NCBI GenBank assembly: GCA_963676565.1
Contig: OY781089.1
Location: forward strand, 2,176,001-2,240,000
Length of the DNA: 64,000 nt
Origin: Halarcobacter sp.
GTDB taxonomy: Bacteria; Campylobacterota; Campylobacteria; Campylobacterales; Arcobacteraceae
Direction: 5' to 3'
Shown: piece after piece, positions 42,361 through 52,604 of the stretch
Layout of the letters: each line of letters starts with the position of its first letter
Numbering within the stretch: the stretch's first letter is position 1
Notes under the pieces: model-generated
What the model was told of the DNA's origin: nothing
Databases searched by the model: none
What the model saw: the letters and a program-made list of their open reading frames with translations, nothing else
Position numbers and translations under genes: made by a program

Positions 42361-42535
42361 AATCCAAGCAGCCGTTAACCATTTAAATGGCCCACAAAAG
42401 CCAACGTTAGCAGATAAGAATTATACTTAAGGAACAGAATTACAAAAGCAAACGTTCAACACCGTATAAATTACAATTATCCACAAAAATATAGTATCGG
42501 ACCCTCAACAATGGAAATCCCGCACTACTTAGATT
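42361..42535 (-). ncRNA. ssrS: Probable 6S RNA (Campylobacterota 'purD motif' locus)
   Basis: ~175 nt. 5' AAUCUAAGUAGU pairs with 3' GGCUGCUUGGAUU, and an inner AACGUU...AACGUU stem is present. TAGAAT -10 box at 42542-42547. Located directly upstream of purD. Confidence 0.8.
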
Positions 42536-42570
42536 ATAATAATTCTAGCTAATTTCGTTTAAATAAAAGA

Positions 42571-43206
42571 TTAAAAAGTAACCATTTGAGATAGTTTTAT
42601 ACACTCTTCAACTGATGTAACAGGGCTTATCTTAAAATTGACATAATTTGGTAAATGTTTTGAAGTGGTTTTGCCTATAACAATTGCTTTAAAACTCTTA
42701 TCCCAAGAATAGTTTTTAAAAAAACATTTAACAGATGAAGGGGAAGTAAATATTATAGTTGAGTCTTTTTCAATATCTACTTTTAACTTATCATTACAAA
42801 TAGTTTTATAGGTGATTAATTCATCTACAGATATATTAGATTCTTTTAATATATTTATTAAATTTGAAGCAACTTTTTTTGCTCTTACATATAGAACTTT
42901 TTTGTTTTTTATTTTATCCATTAATTCTTTTGCAAAATCATCACCATGGCCACTAGAACTTGTATACTCTACTCGTCCACCATTTTTTAATATTACATCA
43001 GCAGTTTTTTTAGCAATTGCATAACATGGAATATTTTTCCAATCTTTATTAAAACTAGATAAGGAATAAATTGCATTTTTTGAAGTGATAATTAAGGCAT
43101 CATATTTCTTTAAATCTAAACTAGATGGGATATATTCAATTTTAAATACTTCTAAATTTATAACTCCATCAAACTTTTGATTATTTAAAAGATATGTTTT
43201 AGCCAT
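42571..43206 (-). CDS. hemD: Uroporphyrinogen-III synthase
   Basis: IITSKNAI, Y.T, FTSPSSV, IGKTT. Confidence 0.88.
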   Translation of the reverse strand: MAKTYLLNNQKFDGVINLEVFKIEYIPSSLDLKKYDALIITSKNAIYSLSSFNKDWKNIPCYAIAKKTADVILKNGGRVEYTSSSGHGDDFAKELMDKIKNKKVLYVRAKKVASNLINILKESNISVDELITYKTICNDKLKVDIEKDSTIIFTSPSSVKCFFKNYSWDKSFKAIVIGKTTSKHLPNYVNFKISPVTSVEECIKLSQMVTF

Positions 43207-44788
43207 TTACAATCTGTCTATGTTGTACATAATTTATAGCATCATCAATATTAGTAAATATTTTTATTTTTTTAAATACATTTTCTTCATCTAATTGCAT
43301 TATAGTTTTTCTATGTCTATATTTTGAGATAAAAATTACATTCATTCCTCTTTTATTCAATTTGTCAACTATATTTTCTAAAATAAAGATTGCAGATAAA
43401 TCCAATGAAAATGCATTTTTAAAGTCAATTATAATTGTTTTAATATTATCATCAATTTTATCAATTCTTTCATCTAATATTGATGCTGTGCCAAAAAATA
43501 ATTCACCATTTATCTTAATAGTATGAATGGCATTATTATCAATATCAATGTCAAAAGATGATTGTTTTATATTTCTGACAGTTTTTATTTGAGTACCTTT
43601 TGATACCTTATAGATTGCCATTATTGAAGCAATTGTTATACCCACACCAACAGCCATTATTAAATCTACAAAGATAGTTAAAAGTAATACAGTAACCATT
43701 ACTAACAAATCTCTTTTATTTACTTTTCTTATAATCTTAATGAACTTATAATCTAAGATATCAAAACCAACTTTTATTAAGATACCAGAAAGCACAGCTA
43801 ATGGTATTTGTGATGCTAATGGAGCTAGAAATAAAACAATAAGAAGTAGTGTTAAAGAATGTACCATTCCAGAAATTTTTGTAGTACCACCGCTGTTTAT
43901 ATTTATAACTGTTCTCATTGTTGCTCCCGCACCAGGAATCGCTCCAAAGAGTGAACATATAGAATTTCCTATACCTTGGCCAATTAATTCTTGATTTGGT
44001 CTATGTTTTGTCTTTGTCATATTATCTGCAACTAAAGAAGTTAATAATGAATCAATAGAACCTAATAAAGCTAAGGTGATTGAGAGTGTGATAATCTCTT
44101 TTAAATTTACAAAACTAAAATTTATAGGTAATGTAAGTTCTGGCAAACCAGTAGGAATCTCGCCAATTTTAGGTACATTTAAATTTAAATAAAAAGACAA
44201 ATATGTTACTGCAACAAGTGCAATTAGTGCGGGAGGAACTATTTGTTTAACTCTTTTAGGCGTTAAAAACATTATTCCTAATGTAATAGAAGCAATTATC
44301 AGAGCATCTTTATTGGTTTGAGATATTGAATCCATGAAATTTAACACAGTTAATAATATTGAAGGTTGTGAATCTACTCCTAAAAATGGATTTAATTGTA
44401 AGATTATAATAATAATACCCACCCCACTCATGAAACCTGAGATAACAGGGTAAGGGATAAATTGAATCCATTTACCAATCTTTATAACTGCAAATGAGAT
44501 TTGAATTAATCCAGAAAGAAAGATTATTGTCATAACAGTATTAATATCACCTGGAAATGCCGCGATTGCAGTAGCTGTTACAACTGTCATTGGACCAGTT
44601 GGTCCTGATATTTGTGTTGAAGTACCACCAAAAAGTGCAGCAAAAAAGCCTAAGATGATAGCACCATATATCCCTGCAATTGCTCCTGCACCACTTGCAA
44701 CACCAAAGGCTAAAGCTAAAGGTAATGCTACAACAGCTGCTGTAACTCCACCAAGTACATCATTTTTTAGATTGTTAACGCTAATCAT
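43199..44788 (-). CDS. SulP family anion transporter with STAS domain
   Basis: VVALPLALAFG, ISGPTGPM, ELIGQG, GAGATMRT, LFFG. Confidence 0.92.
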   Translation of the reverse strand: MISVNNLKNDVLGGVTAAVVALPLALAFGVASGAGAIAGIYGAIILGFFAALFGGTSTQISGPTGPMTVVTATAIAAFPGDINTVMTIIFLSGLIQISFAVIKIGKWIQFIPYPVISGFMSGVGIIIIILQLNPFLGVDSQPSILLTVLNFMDSISQTNKDALIIASITLGIMFLTPKRVKQIVPPALIALVAVTYLSFYLNLNVPKIGEIPTGLPELTLPINFSFVNLKEIITLSITLALLGSIDSLLTSLVADNMTKTKHRPNQELIGQGIGNSICSLFGAIPGAGATMRTVININSGGTTKISGMVHSLTLLLIVLFLAPLASQIPLAVLSGILIKVGFDILDYKFIKIIRKVNKRDLLVMVTVLLLTIFVDLIMAVGVGITIASIMAIYKVSKGTQIKTVRNIKQSSFDIDIDNNAIHTIKINGELFFGTASILDERIDKIDDNIKTIIIDFKNAFSLDLSAIFILENIVDKLNKRGMNVIFISKYRHRKTIMQLDEENVFKKIKIFTNIDDAINYVQHRQIVNG

Positions 44789-44813
44789 CTAAAACTCTCC
44801 CACATATGAGTTT

Positions 44814-46247
44814 TTAAAAGTCTTCTAATTCTTCCTCATTCTCTTCTCTTTGTCCTTTTCCTCTTGCTACAAGATGAATAGGTGTTCCTTCAAAGTTTAT
44901 ATTGTCCCTTAAGAAGTTAATTAAATATCTTTTGTAAGAAAAGTGTAAAAGTTTAGGTTTATTCATAATAAGTGCAATTCTTGGAGGTTTTGTCTCAAAT
45001 TGTGTAGAATAATAAATTCTAAGATAGTTACCTGCTGGACTTGGAAGAGCATGTCTAATTACGGCAGTTTCAATTGCTTTATTTAGTACTGAGGTAGAAA
45101 TTCTTTGACTATAATTTTCATAAATTTCAACTAATTTATCTTTTAATCTATCTATACCTCTACCAGTTTTTGCCGAAACTGCAATAATAGGTGCATAATA
45201 TAAAAATTTAAATTTTCTTCGCACTTTTTCTTCAAATTCTTTAAAATCTTCTCTATTCTCATCCCATTTATTTAAAACAATAATAGTACCTAAACCATAT
45301 TCATCTACTAATCCAGCAATTTTTTCATCTAAATCATATAACTCTTCAGATGCATCTAAAACAACTAAAGCAAGATTTGCAACCTCAAGCATCTCTTTTG
45401 TTCTCATTAATGCGAATTTTTCAATTCCTTCAATTTTGCCCCTTCTTCTTAAACCTGCAGTGTCAACAAAAGTAATATTTTTGTCTTTATATTCAAAAGA
45501 TTCATCAACAGGGTCAATAGTTGTTCCTGCAATTGGAGAAACAACTGATCTTTCTGCTCCAACAAGTGCATTCAAAATTGATGATTTCCCAACATTTGTT
45601 CTACCTATAATAGCAACTCTAATCTCACCATCATCTTGGAAGTCTGCTGACTCATTTATATCTTCAACAGGATCTAAAAACTCTTCTAAATAGTCATCAT
45701 CATCTACTTCATAGTTGATAATTTCCTCTTCAACTCTTGGAGGTAATTTTTCCCAAATCCATTCAAATAAAGATTTTGTACCTCTATTGTGTGAAACAGA
45801 AATACCAAAAAGATTTTCTTCGTCAATTCCAAACTCAAAGAAAGCCCAAAGTCTTTCATCTTTTTCTTTATCATTATCTATTTTATTTACCACTAAAGCT
45901 AATTTTTTACCTAGAGTTTGAAGCTCATAAAATAATTCTTTATCCTTTTCATCTGGTATCTTTTTACCATCGACCATAAAAAGTATTATATCAGCCTCTT
46001 TAGCACACTCTACTGCTTTTCTTTTTACATTTGAGAAGATTGCATCATCCGTATCATCAATTCCACCTGTGTCAAGCATAAGTGCATCTCTATCAAGGAT
46101 CTCAACTTCATGTTTTCTAATATCCCTTGTCGTCCCTGCCATATCAGAAACAATTGCAATTCTTTTTTTTGCAATTCTATTAAATAGTGATGATTTTCCA
46201 ACATTAGGTTGTCCAATCAATGCAATTTTTTTCAATTCGTTTGTCAT
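44814..46247 (-). CDS. der: Ribosome biogenesis GTPase Der
   Basis: Two G-domains (GQPNVGKS, GRTNVGKS) plus KH-like tail. Confidence 0.96.
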   Translation of the reverse strand: MTNELKKIALIGQPNVGKSSLFNRIAKKRIAIVSDMAGTTRDIRKHEVEILDRDALMLDTGGIDDTDDAIFSNVKRKAVECAKEADIILFMVDGKKIPDEKDKELFYELQTLGKKLALVVNKIDNDKEKDERLWAFFEFGIDEENLFGISVSHNRGTKSLFEWIWEKLPPRVEEEIINYEVDDDDYLEEFLDPVEDINESADFQDDGEIRVAIIGRTNVGKSSILNALVGAERSVVSPIAGTTIDPVDESFEYKDKNITFVDTAGLRRRGKIEGIEKFALMRTKEMLEVANLALVVLDASEELYDLDEKIAGLVDEYGLGTIIVLNKWDENREDFKEFEEKVRRKFKFLYYAPIIAVSAKTGRGIDRLKDKLVEIYENYSQRISTSVLNKAIETAVIRHALPSPAGNYLRIYYSTQFETKPPRIALIMNKPKLLHFSYKRYLINFLRDNINFEGTPIHLVARGKGQREENEEELEDF

Positions 46248-46268
46248 TTAAACTTTTTCCTTTAAAAT

Positions 46269-46300
46269 AAAAAAGGTATTAGCCTTAAGCTAATACCTTT
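46269..46300 (-). terminator. Intrinsic terminator of hpf
   Basis: AAAGGTATTAGC-CTTAA-GCTAATACCTTT stem, followed by a U-run on the minus strand. Confidence 0.85.
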
Positions 46301-46320
46301 AAGAAACATCAAATTATATA

Positions 46321-46863
46321 TTAATATAATCCAAATTTTCCTTCGTCTTTTGATTTATATAATACTCTCATATTATCATCTTTGTCAAAGAATACTTTAA
46401 ATTGAGCATCAGAACCTTTTAAATCGTCTAATGCCTCTTGAATATCCATTGGTTTATAAGAAGTAAGTCTTACTGGGAAGATTTCATCTTCAAATTTCTC
46501 TAACTCATTAGCTATTTGATCTTCAATCTCTGCAGCTGTAACTTCTGTTAATTTTGTAGCTTTATGACCCGTGATTTTATCATGGTGTCTTCTTAAAACT
46601 TTTGAAACTCTATCTACAGCGATATCAATTGCTGAATATAAATCTTTATCTTTTTGTTTTACAACAACAGTATCTAAATGTGCGATATTTAACGTAAATT
46701 CAAAAGTAAATGCTTTTCTTCCATTTTTTTCTTCTTGGTCAATAATTGCGTTTACAGATATAATATCTAAATTATATTTTTTGAAAATCTCAATTGAACT
46801 ATTAACATAATCTTTAATAGGTTCGGTTAATTCTATGTGTCTTCCTACAATACTTGTATTCAT
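46321..46863 (-). CDS. hpf: Ribosome hibernation factor (long HPF/RaiA)
   Basis: GRHIELT, DLYSAID, C-terminal KPM...F..F...Y domain. Confidence 0.92.
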   Translation of the reverse strand: MNTSIVGRHIELTEPIKDYVNSSIEIFKKYNLDIISVNAIIDQEEKNGRKAFTFEFTLNIAHLDTVVVKQKDKDLYSAIDIAVDRVSKVLRRHHDKITGHKATKLTEVTAAEIEDQIANELEKFEDEIFPVRLTSYKPMDIQEALDDLKGSDAQFKVFFDKDDNMRVLYKSKDEGKFGLY

Positions 46864-47036
46864 AACATACTCCTTTTGCTTATATAGTAATATTATTTTA
46901 ACATAGTAATTATTAATTATAACTACTATTTTGATAAAAGCTTGAAGAATACCAAGAAATTGGCGAAAGTTGTATATTTAAATCATAGATTTTTAATTTT
47001 AGTTGTGAAAATTAATCTTGTAAAATAACAAAAGGC

Positions 47037-49283
47037 TTAAAGAAGTATTTCTCTGTTACCTTTTGCATTGGCTTCACTTAAAACTCCAGTTTGTTCTAAT
47101 TGTTCAACAATTGTTGCAGCTCTGTTGTAACCTATTCTAAGTTTTCTTTGAATATAAGAGATTGAAGTTTTTTTATCTGTTAAAACAACTTCTTTAGCAT
47201 CTTCATATAATTCATCTAAATCACCTAAATCTAATGAATCACCAGAACCTGAAAGGTTAGAACTATCTTTATCTTTTACAAAATTCATATCATATTCAAC
47301 TTCTCTTTGATCTTTTAAGAAATCAACAACACTTTCAATTTCAGTTTCAAGAGACCAAGGAGCATGAAGTCTAACAAGTCCAGACATACCTGGAGGTGTA
47401 AATAACATATCTCCACGACCTAGTAGTGATTCTGCACCCATAGAATCTAAGATGATTTTAGAATCAACTTTTTGCCCTACTTTATAAGATAATCTACTTG
47501 GTAAATTTGCTTTAATAAGACCTGTTACAACATCAACTGATGGTCTTTGAGTAGCAACTATTAAGTGTATACCTGAAGCCCTTGCCATTTGTGCAAGTCT
47601 TGCAATCGAATACTCAACATCTTTACCACTAGTCATCATCAAGTCAGCTAACTCATCAATTACCACAACTATGTAAGGAATAGTATCATAGCCATCTCTT
47701 TTTGCTTTATCATTATAGCTTTCAATGTTTTTTGTTTTTGTTTGAGACATTAAAGTATATCTTCTCTCCATTTCTGAAACCATATTTGACAAAGCGTTAA
47801 TTGCATCAGTTGGCTTTGTTATAACAGGAGTTAACAGATGTGGGATCTCATTATACATTGAAAATTCAAGCATCTTAGGATCTATCATTACAAGTCTTAA
47901 ATTATCTGGTGAGTTTTTGTATAAAAGTGATAAAATCATAGCATTAATACCAACAGATTTACCAGAACCAGTTGTCCCAGCAATTAATAAGTGTGGCAAT
48001 TTTTTAAGATCTGTAACAAAAGGTTTTCCAACAATATCTTTACCTAAAATCATAGTAAGGGGAGATTTTGCATTTTGGTAAATCTCACTTTCAAGTAATT
48101 CTCTAACATAAATAGTTTGCATATCATCATTTGGAACTTCAATACCAACAACATCTTTACCTGGAATTGGCGCTTGAATCCTAATAGTTTGTGCTTTTAA
48201 AGCCATTGCTAAATCATCTTGTAAGTTTAATATTTTAGAAACTTTTACATTTGGTGCAGGTTTAAACTCAAATGTTGTAACAACAGGTCCTGTATATGTT
48301 CTAACTACATCACCTTCAATTTTAAACATTAAAAGTTTTTCAAGTAAATCTTCAATTTTTTTATCAATTTGAGCTTCAGAAATTTTTGACTTTTTATCTT
48401 TTGGTGCTTCCTGAAAAAATTTAGTTGATGGTAATTCAAAATCCTTAGGTTTTTCAGTAACTCCTAATTCTATCTCTTCTTGAAGCTTTTTATTCTCTTC
48501 CAATTCATCAACTATTACTGCATGAGGATGTTCATCCTCAGAAGTTATTTTTATTTCATCAATATTTATCTCATCTTCAAAAAGTGAAGGTTCTTTAAAG
48601 TTAATACTTTCTTGAGTTTCATCAAGTGAAATAATATTTAAATCATCTGTTTTAATTCCTGAAACAGTTTCATCTATCTCTTCAATTACTATTTGAGCGA
48701 CATTACCCTCTTCCCTAATTGATACATTATCTTTTGTAATAGGAGTTGTTTTTACTCTTTTTTCCCTTTTTATACTTTCTAATCTTTTAGGTTTAACAGT
48801 TGTGTTAACTCTATTAAAAGATGGCATTTTTGGGATTATTTTTTTTGGATTTATATTTATTTCAGTATCATCTAATAAAATTAGACATGAGATAATAAAT
48901 GAGATTAAGACAAAGAACCAAAGTCCAGCAAATCCTATAAATGGAAACATTGAATCAATTATATAATTACCAATATCACCACTATAAATCCCTTTTTCCA
49001 TCACTAAAGATTGAAATGTAAGTAAAGAGATTAATAATAAAATTACAGAAGAAACTTTAATTGAAAACTCTTGCCAATCAAAATTCTCTTTAAAATTTAT
49101 TATATATAAAGGATATAATAATAAGAGTAAATAGATATATGACAAAAATCCAAAATATCTATGGGAAAAATTAGAAAATAATGTTCCAACAGTCCCTACA
49201 CTAGTTTTATCTCCAACAAAAGTAGCATATTCAAAATAAACAATAATAAAAAGAAAAATAAGTGATAAGATTTTTTTAACTAT
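47037..49283 (-). CDS. ftsK: DNA translocase FtsK (start probably ATA at 49283; ORF track starts at TTG 49145)
   Basis: PHLLIAGTTGSGKS, IDELADLM, ATQRPS, gamma domain IGYNRAA. The frame stays open 46 codons upstream and encodes the first TM helix. Confidence 0.92.
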   Translation of the reverse strand: MVKKILSLIFLFIIVYFEYATFVGDKTSVGTVGTLFSNFSHRYFGFLSYIYLLLLLYPLYIINFKENFDWQEFSIKVSSVILLLISLLTFQSLVMEKGIYSGDIGNYIIDSMFPFIGFAGLWFFVLISFIISCLILLDDTEININPKKIIPKMPSFNRVNTTVKPKRLESIKREKRVKTTPITKDNVSIREEGNVAQIVIEEIDETVSGIKTDDLNIISLDETQESINFKEPSLFEDEINIDEIKITSEDEHPHAVIVDELEENKKLQEEIELGVTEKPKDFELPSTKFFQEAPKDKKSKISEAQIDKKIEDLLEKLLMFKIEGDVVRTYTGPVVTTFEFKPAPNVKVSKILNLQDDLAMALKAQTIRIQAPIPGKDVVGIEVPNDDMQTIYVRELLESEIYQNAKSPLTMILGKDIVGKPFVTDLKKLPHLLIAGTTGSGKSVGINAMILSLLYKNSPDNLRLVMIDPKMLEFSMYNEIPHLLTPVITKPTDAINALSNMVSEMERRYTLMSQTKTKNIESYNDKAKRDGYDTIPYIVVVIDELADLMMTSGKDVEYSIARLAQMARASGIHLIVATQRPSVDVVTGLIKANLPSRLSYKVGQKVDSKIILDSMGAESLLGRGDMLFTPPGMSGLVRLHAPWSLETEIESVVDFLKDQREVEYDMNFVKDKDSSNLSGSGDSLDLGDLDELYEDAKEVVLTDKKTSISYIQRKLRIGYNRAATIVEQLEQTGVLSEANAKGNREILL

Positions 49284-49293
49284 TTTGAAGCCT

Positions 49294-50241
49294 TTATTTT
49301 AATAACTTTGCAATTTTTCCTTGAAGTCTAAGCCAAGATCTATGTTCCATAATTGGAAAACCTGCCCATTGTTTCTTAGGTTCAGTAATAGATTTTGTAA
49401 CTCCACCACGAGCAGAAATTGTAGTAAAAGGTGCAACTTCTAAGTGTCCAGTTGTAGCACTTTGACCACCCATCACAACATATTCGTTTAATATAGTTGA
49501 GCCAGAAAGACCAACTTGAGTAACCAAAATTGAACCTCTACCCACTTTACAATTGTGTGCAATATGAACTAAATTATCAATTCTTACTCCATCTTCAATA
49601 ATAGTTGATTGGAAAACTGCCCTATCAATTGTACAATTAGCACCTATTTCAACATCATTACCAATAAGAACATTTCCATTTTGGTAAATTTTAATGTATT
49701 TCCCATCTTTTCTATTCGCAAAACCAAATCCATCACTTCCTACAACAGTTCCAGCATGGATTATTGAATCACTACCAACTTTGCAGTCTCTGTAAATTGT
49801 TACATTTGGATAAATAATAGTATTATCTCCAATTGTTACATTATCACCAATAAAAGCACCTGCCATAATAGTACAATTTGATCCAATAATAGAACCTTTT
49901 CCTAAATATGCATTTGGCATTATTGTTGTGTTTTCACCAACAATACAATCTTCACCATTTGTTTCAACTACTTTTGGTGCAAAAAGTTTTGAAATATAAG
50001 CTAAAGATAAATATGGCTCATCACAAACTAAGGCGATTGTATTTTGTGGAACTTTTGAAACAAATTCCTCTTTTACTAAAACCGCAGCTGCTTTTGTTTT
50101 TTCTAAATCATTTACATATTTTTTATTTTCTAAGAAAGTTAATTGGTTTTCATTTGAATCAAGGAGTGTATTTAGACCTAAGATTTCAATATCATTATCA
50201 CATTTTATATTTAAAGTTTCAGCTATTTTATTTAGTTTCAT
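49294..50241 (-). CDS. lpxD: UDP-3-O-acylglucosamine N-acyltransferase
   Basis: Hexapeptide repeats, GSDGFGF, IDNLVHIAHN. Confidence 0.95.
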   Translation of the reverse strand: MKLNKIAETLNIKCDNDIEILGLNTLLDSNENQLTFLENKKYVNDLEKTKAAAVLVKEEFVSKVPQNTIALVCDEPYLSLAYISKLFAPKVVETNGEDCIVGENTTIMPNAYLGKGSIIGSNCTIMAGAFIGDNVTIGDNTIIYPNVTIYRDCKVGSDSIIHAGTVVGSDGFGFANRKDGKYIKIYQNGNVLIGNDVEIGANCTIDRAVFQSTIIEDGVRIDNLVHIAHNCKVGRGSILVTQVGLSGSTILNEYVVMGGQSATTGHLEVAPFTTISARGGVTKSITEPKKQWAGFPIMEHRSWLRLQGKIAKLLK

Positions 50242-50272
50242 TTAAATCCTTAAAAAAGATAAGAGAAAACTC

Positions 50273-50770
50273 TTATCTTTCCATTGCTACTACACCACTT
50301 TTTACTACTTCAAGTGGTTTAAATTTATTCATAATATTTGTAAAATTTGCAATTCTATGTGGTTCATCAGTTGCAGAAATTACAATAGCTTCATCAGTTA
50401 CATTTTGAATGTGACCGTTATAAGCTCTTGCAATAACTTCAATATCACTTAATGGTTGATCAATTGGTATTTTAATTAATACTGTCTCTTTTTCTATAAC
50501 ATTTTGATGTTCGTTAACTTTTAATACAGGTATTAACTTATTCAATTGCTTAACAATTTGATCAATAACTCTTTTATCTCCAGTTGTAACGATAGTCATT
50601 CTAGAGTATTCACTTCCTGTAATTGGTGCTACAGTCAAAGAATCAATATTATATCCCCTTGCAGAAAATAGTCCAACAATTCTAGATAAAACATTGTGTT
50701 CATTCATCACAATTACTGAGATAACTTGTCTTATTGTAGTTGAGTCATAATAGTGGTTAAAATTATTCAT
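50273..50770 (-). CDS. ilvH: Acetolactate synthase small subunit
   Basis: ACT domain: LSRIVGLFSARGYNIDSL, KQLNKLI. Confidence 0.93.
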   Translation of the reverse strand: MNNFNHYYDSTTIRQVISVIVMNEHNVLSRIVGLFSARGYNIDSLTVAPITGSEYSRMTIVTTGDKRVIDQIVKQLNKLIPVLKVNEHQNVIEKETVLIKIPIDQPLSDIEVIARAYNGHIQNVTDEAIVISATDEPHRIANFTNIMNKFKPLEVVKSGVVAMER

Positions 50771-52457
50771 TGCTATCTCCTATAAGTGTCATTTCATTTA
50801 ATGCATGTCCATTTGGTACCATAGGTAATACAATTTCATCTCTTGCTACTACTACATCAATCATTGCAGGTTTTTTCTTTTCAATTGCATCTTTTAATGC
50901 TTCATCAAATTCTTTTTTAGTTGAAACTCTATATCCAACTCCTCCAAATGATTCTACAAGCATCTTAAAATCTGGTTGTACAGAAAGATCTGTTTCAGAT
51001 ATTCTATTTTCATAAAATAGTGTTTGCCATTGTCTAACCATACCAAGGTAATTGTTGTTTAAAATGATATTTATAACTGGTAAATCATATTCTACACAAG
51101 TCATTAATTCTTGGATATTCATTAAAATTGAACCATCACCAGTGAAGTTAATAGAAACCTTGTCTTTATTTCCTCTAGCAACTCCCATAGCTCCTGGAAG
51201 TCCAAATCCCATTGTTCCTAAACCACCAGAAGTGTTCCATTGTCTTGGATAATTGAATGGATAAAATTGTGCAGTCCACATTTGATGTTGACCAACATCT
51301 GTAGAGATTATTGCTTTATCTCCTAAAACTTCACCAACTCTTTGGATTACCCATTGAGGTTTAATTACAGAATCAGAATCAATAAACCTTAAAGGTTCTT
51401 TTTCTTTATATTCTTTTAGTAGTGCAACCCAATTATCATATTTGTTGAATTCCATTTCTCGTGCTGATTCAATCATACCCTGAACAGTAACTTTCAAATC
51501 ACCTACAATTGGATAATTAGTATGTACTAACTTAGCAATTGAAGCTGGATCAATATCAACATGAATAACCTTTGCTTTTTTAGCAAACTCATCAAGTCTT
51601 CCTGTTACCCTATCATCAAATCTTGCCCCAAGAGATATAATACAATCTGTATCATGGGCTGCCATATTTGCAGCAAACTCGCCATGCATACCTAACATTC
51701 CAATCAGTAAGTCATGTTCACTACCCATAACACCTCTAGCCATTAAAGTTTCAACTACAGGAATATTAGCAAGTTCTGCAAACTCTCTAATCTCATATGA
51801 ACAGTTAGCTAAAATTGCTCCACCACCAACATAAAGTAATGGTTTTTTAGATTTAGCAATTGCGTCCATTGCTTTTTTTAGCTGTCTCTTGTTGTAATTA
51901 ACAGTTGGTTTATAAGTAGGTAAATTAACACTCTTTGGATATTTAAACTCTGCAACTTCAGCTGTGATATCTTTTGGAATATCTACGTGTACAGGCCCCG
52001 GTCTTCCTGTATTTGCTATATGAAATGCCTCTTTAATAATTCTAGGTAAATCTTTAATATCATTAACTAAATAATTGTGCTTAGTACAAGGTCTACTTAT
52101 ACCAACTGCATCAATCTCTTGAAATCCATCAGTACCTATAATTGTAGTAGGAACCTGCCCAGAAATAACAACTAATGGAATTGAATCCATATAAGCATCA
52201 GCTAGACCTGTGACTGCATTGGTAAAACCTGGTCCAGAAGTAACGATTGCAACACCAACTTTTCCAGTTGATTTTGCATACCCTTCTGCAGCATGTATAG
52301 CAGCTTGTTCGTGTCTAGTTAAAATGTGTTGAAAAAAACTCTGTTTGTAAATTTCATCATAGACATTCATAATAGCGCCACCAGGGTAACCAAAAACTAC
52401 ATCTACCCCTTCTTCTTTTAATGATTCTGTAACCATTTTTGCGCCAGTTATTCTCAT
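50763..52457 (-). CDS. ilvI: Acetolactate synthase large subunit
   Basis: FGYPGGA, RHEQ, TDVGQHQMW, GDGS TPP motif. ATG 52457 has an AGGAG SD. Confidence 0.94.
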   Translation of the reverse strand: MRITGAKMVTESLKEEGVDVVFGYPGGAIMNVYDEIYKQSFFQHILTRHEQAAIHAAEGYAKSTGKVGVAIVTSGPGFTNAVTGLADAYMDSIPLVVISGQVPTTIIGTDGFQEIDAVGISRPCTKHNYLVNDIKDLPRIIKEAFHIANTGRPGPVHVDIPKDITAEVAEFKYPKSVNLPTYKPTVNYNKRQLKKAMDAIAKSKKPLLYVGGGAILANCSYEIREFAELANIPVVETLMARGVMGSEHDLLIGMLGMHGEFAANMAAHDTDCIISLGARFDDRVTGRLDEFAKKAKVIHVDIDPASIAKLVHTNYPIVGDLKVTVQGMIESAREMEFNKYDNWVALLKEYKEKEPLRFIDSDSVIKPQWVIQRVGEVLGDKAIISTDVGQHQMWTAQFYPFNYPRQWNTSGGLGTMGFGLPGAMGVARGNKDKVSINFTGDGSILMNIQELMTCVEYDLPVINIILNNNYLGMVRQWQTLFYENRISETDLSVQPDFKMLVESFGGVGYRVSTKKEFDEALKDAIEKKKPAMIDVVVARDEIVLPMVPNGHALNEMTLIGDSNE

Positions 52458-52604
52458 TGTCTCTCCTGTCATAAATTAGTCAGATATTCTACAAAAATTA
52501 TTATTAATAGTATCTTTAACACCCTAGATATAAACATTCAAGTTAATATTAAATTAATCTTAAGTTTAGTAAAATGAGTAATAATCTTTAGAAAAGGAGA
52601 TAGT

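Noticed and set aside
45106..45123. Partial dif-like string ACTATAATTTTCA inside der
   Set aside because: Only the spacer and one arm are present, and it lies within an essential CDS; likely chance.
46959..46976. Sigma54-like TTGGCGAAAGTTGTA upstream of hpf
   Set aside because: Wrong strand for hpf, -24/-12 spacing one base short, and no GC at -12.
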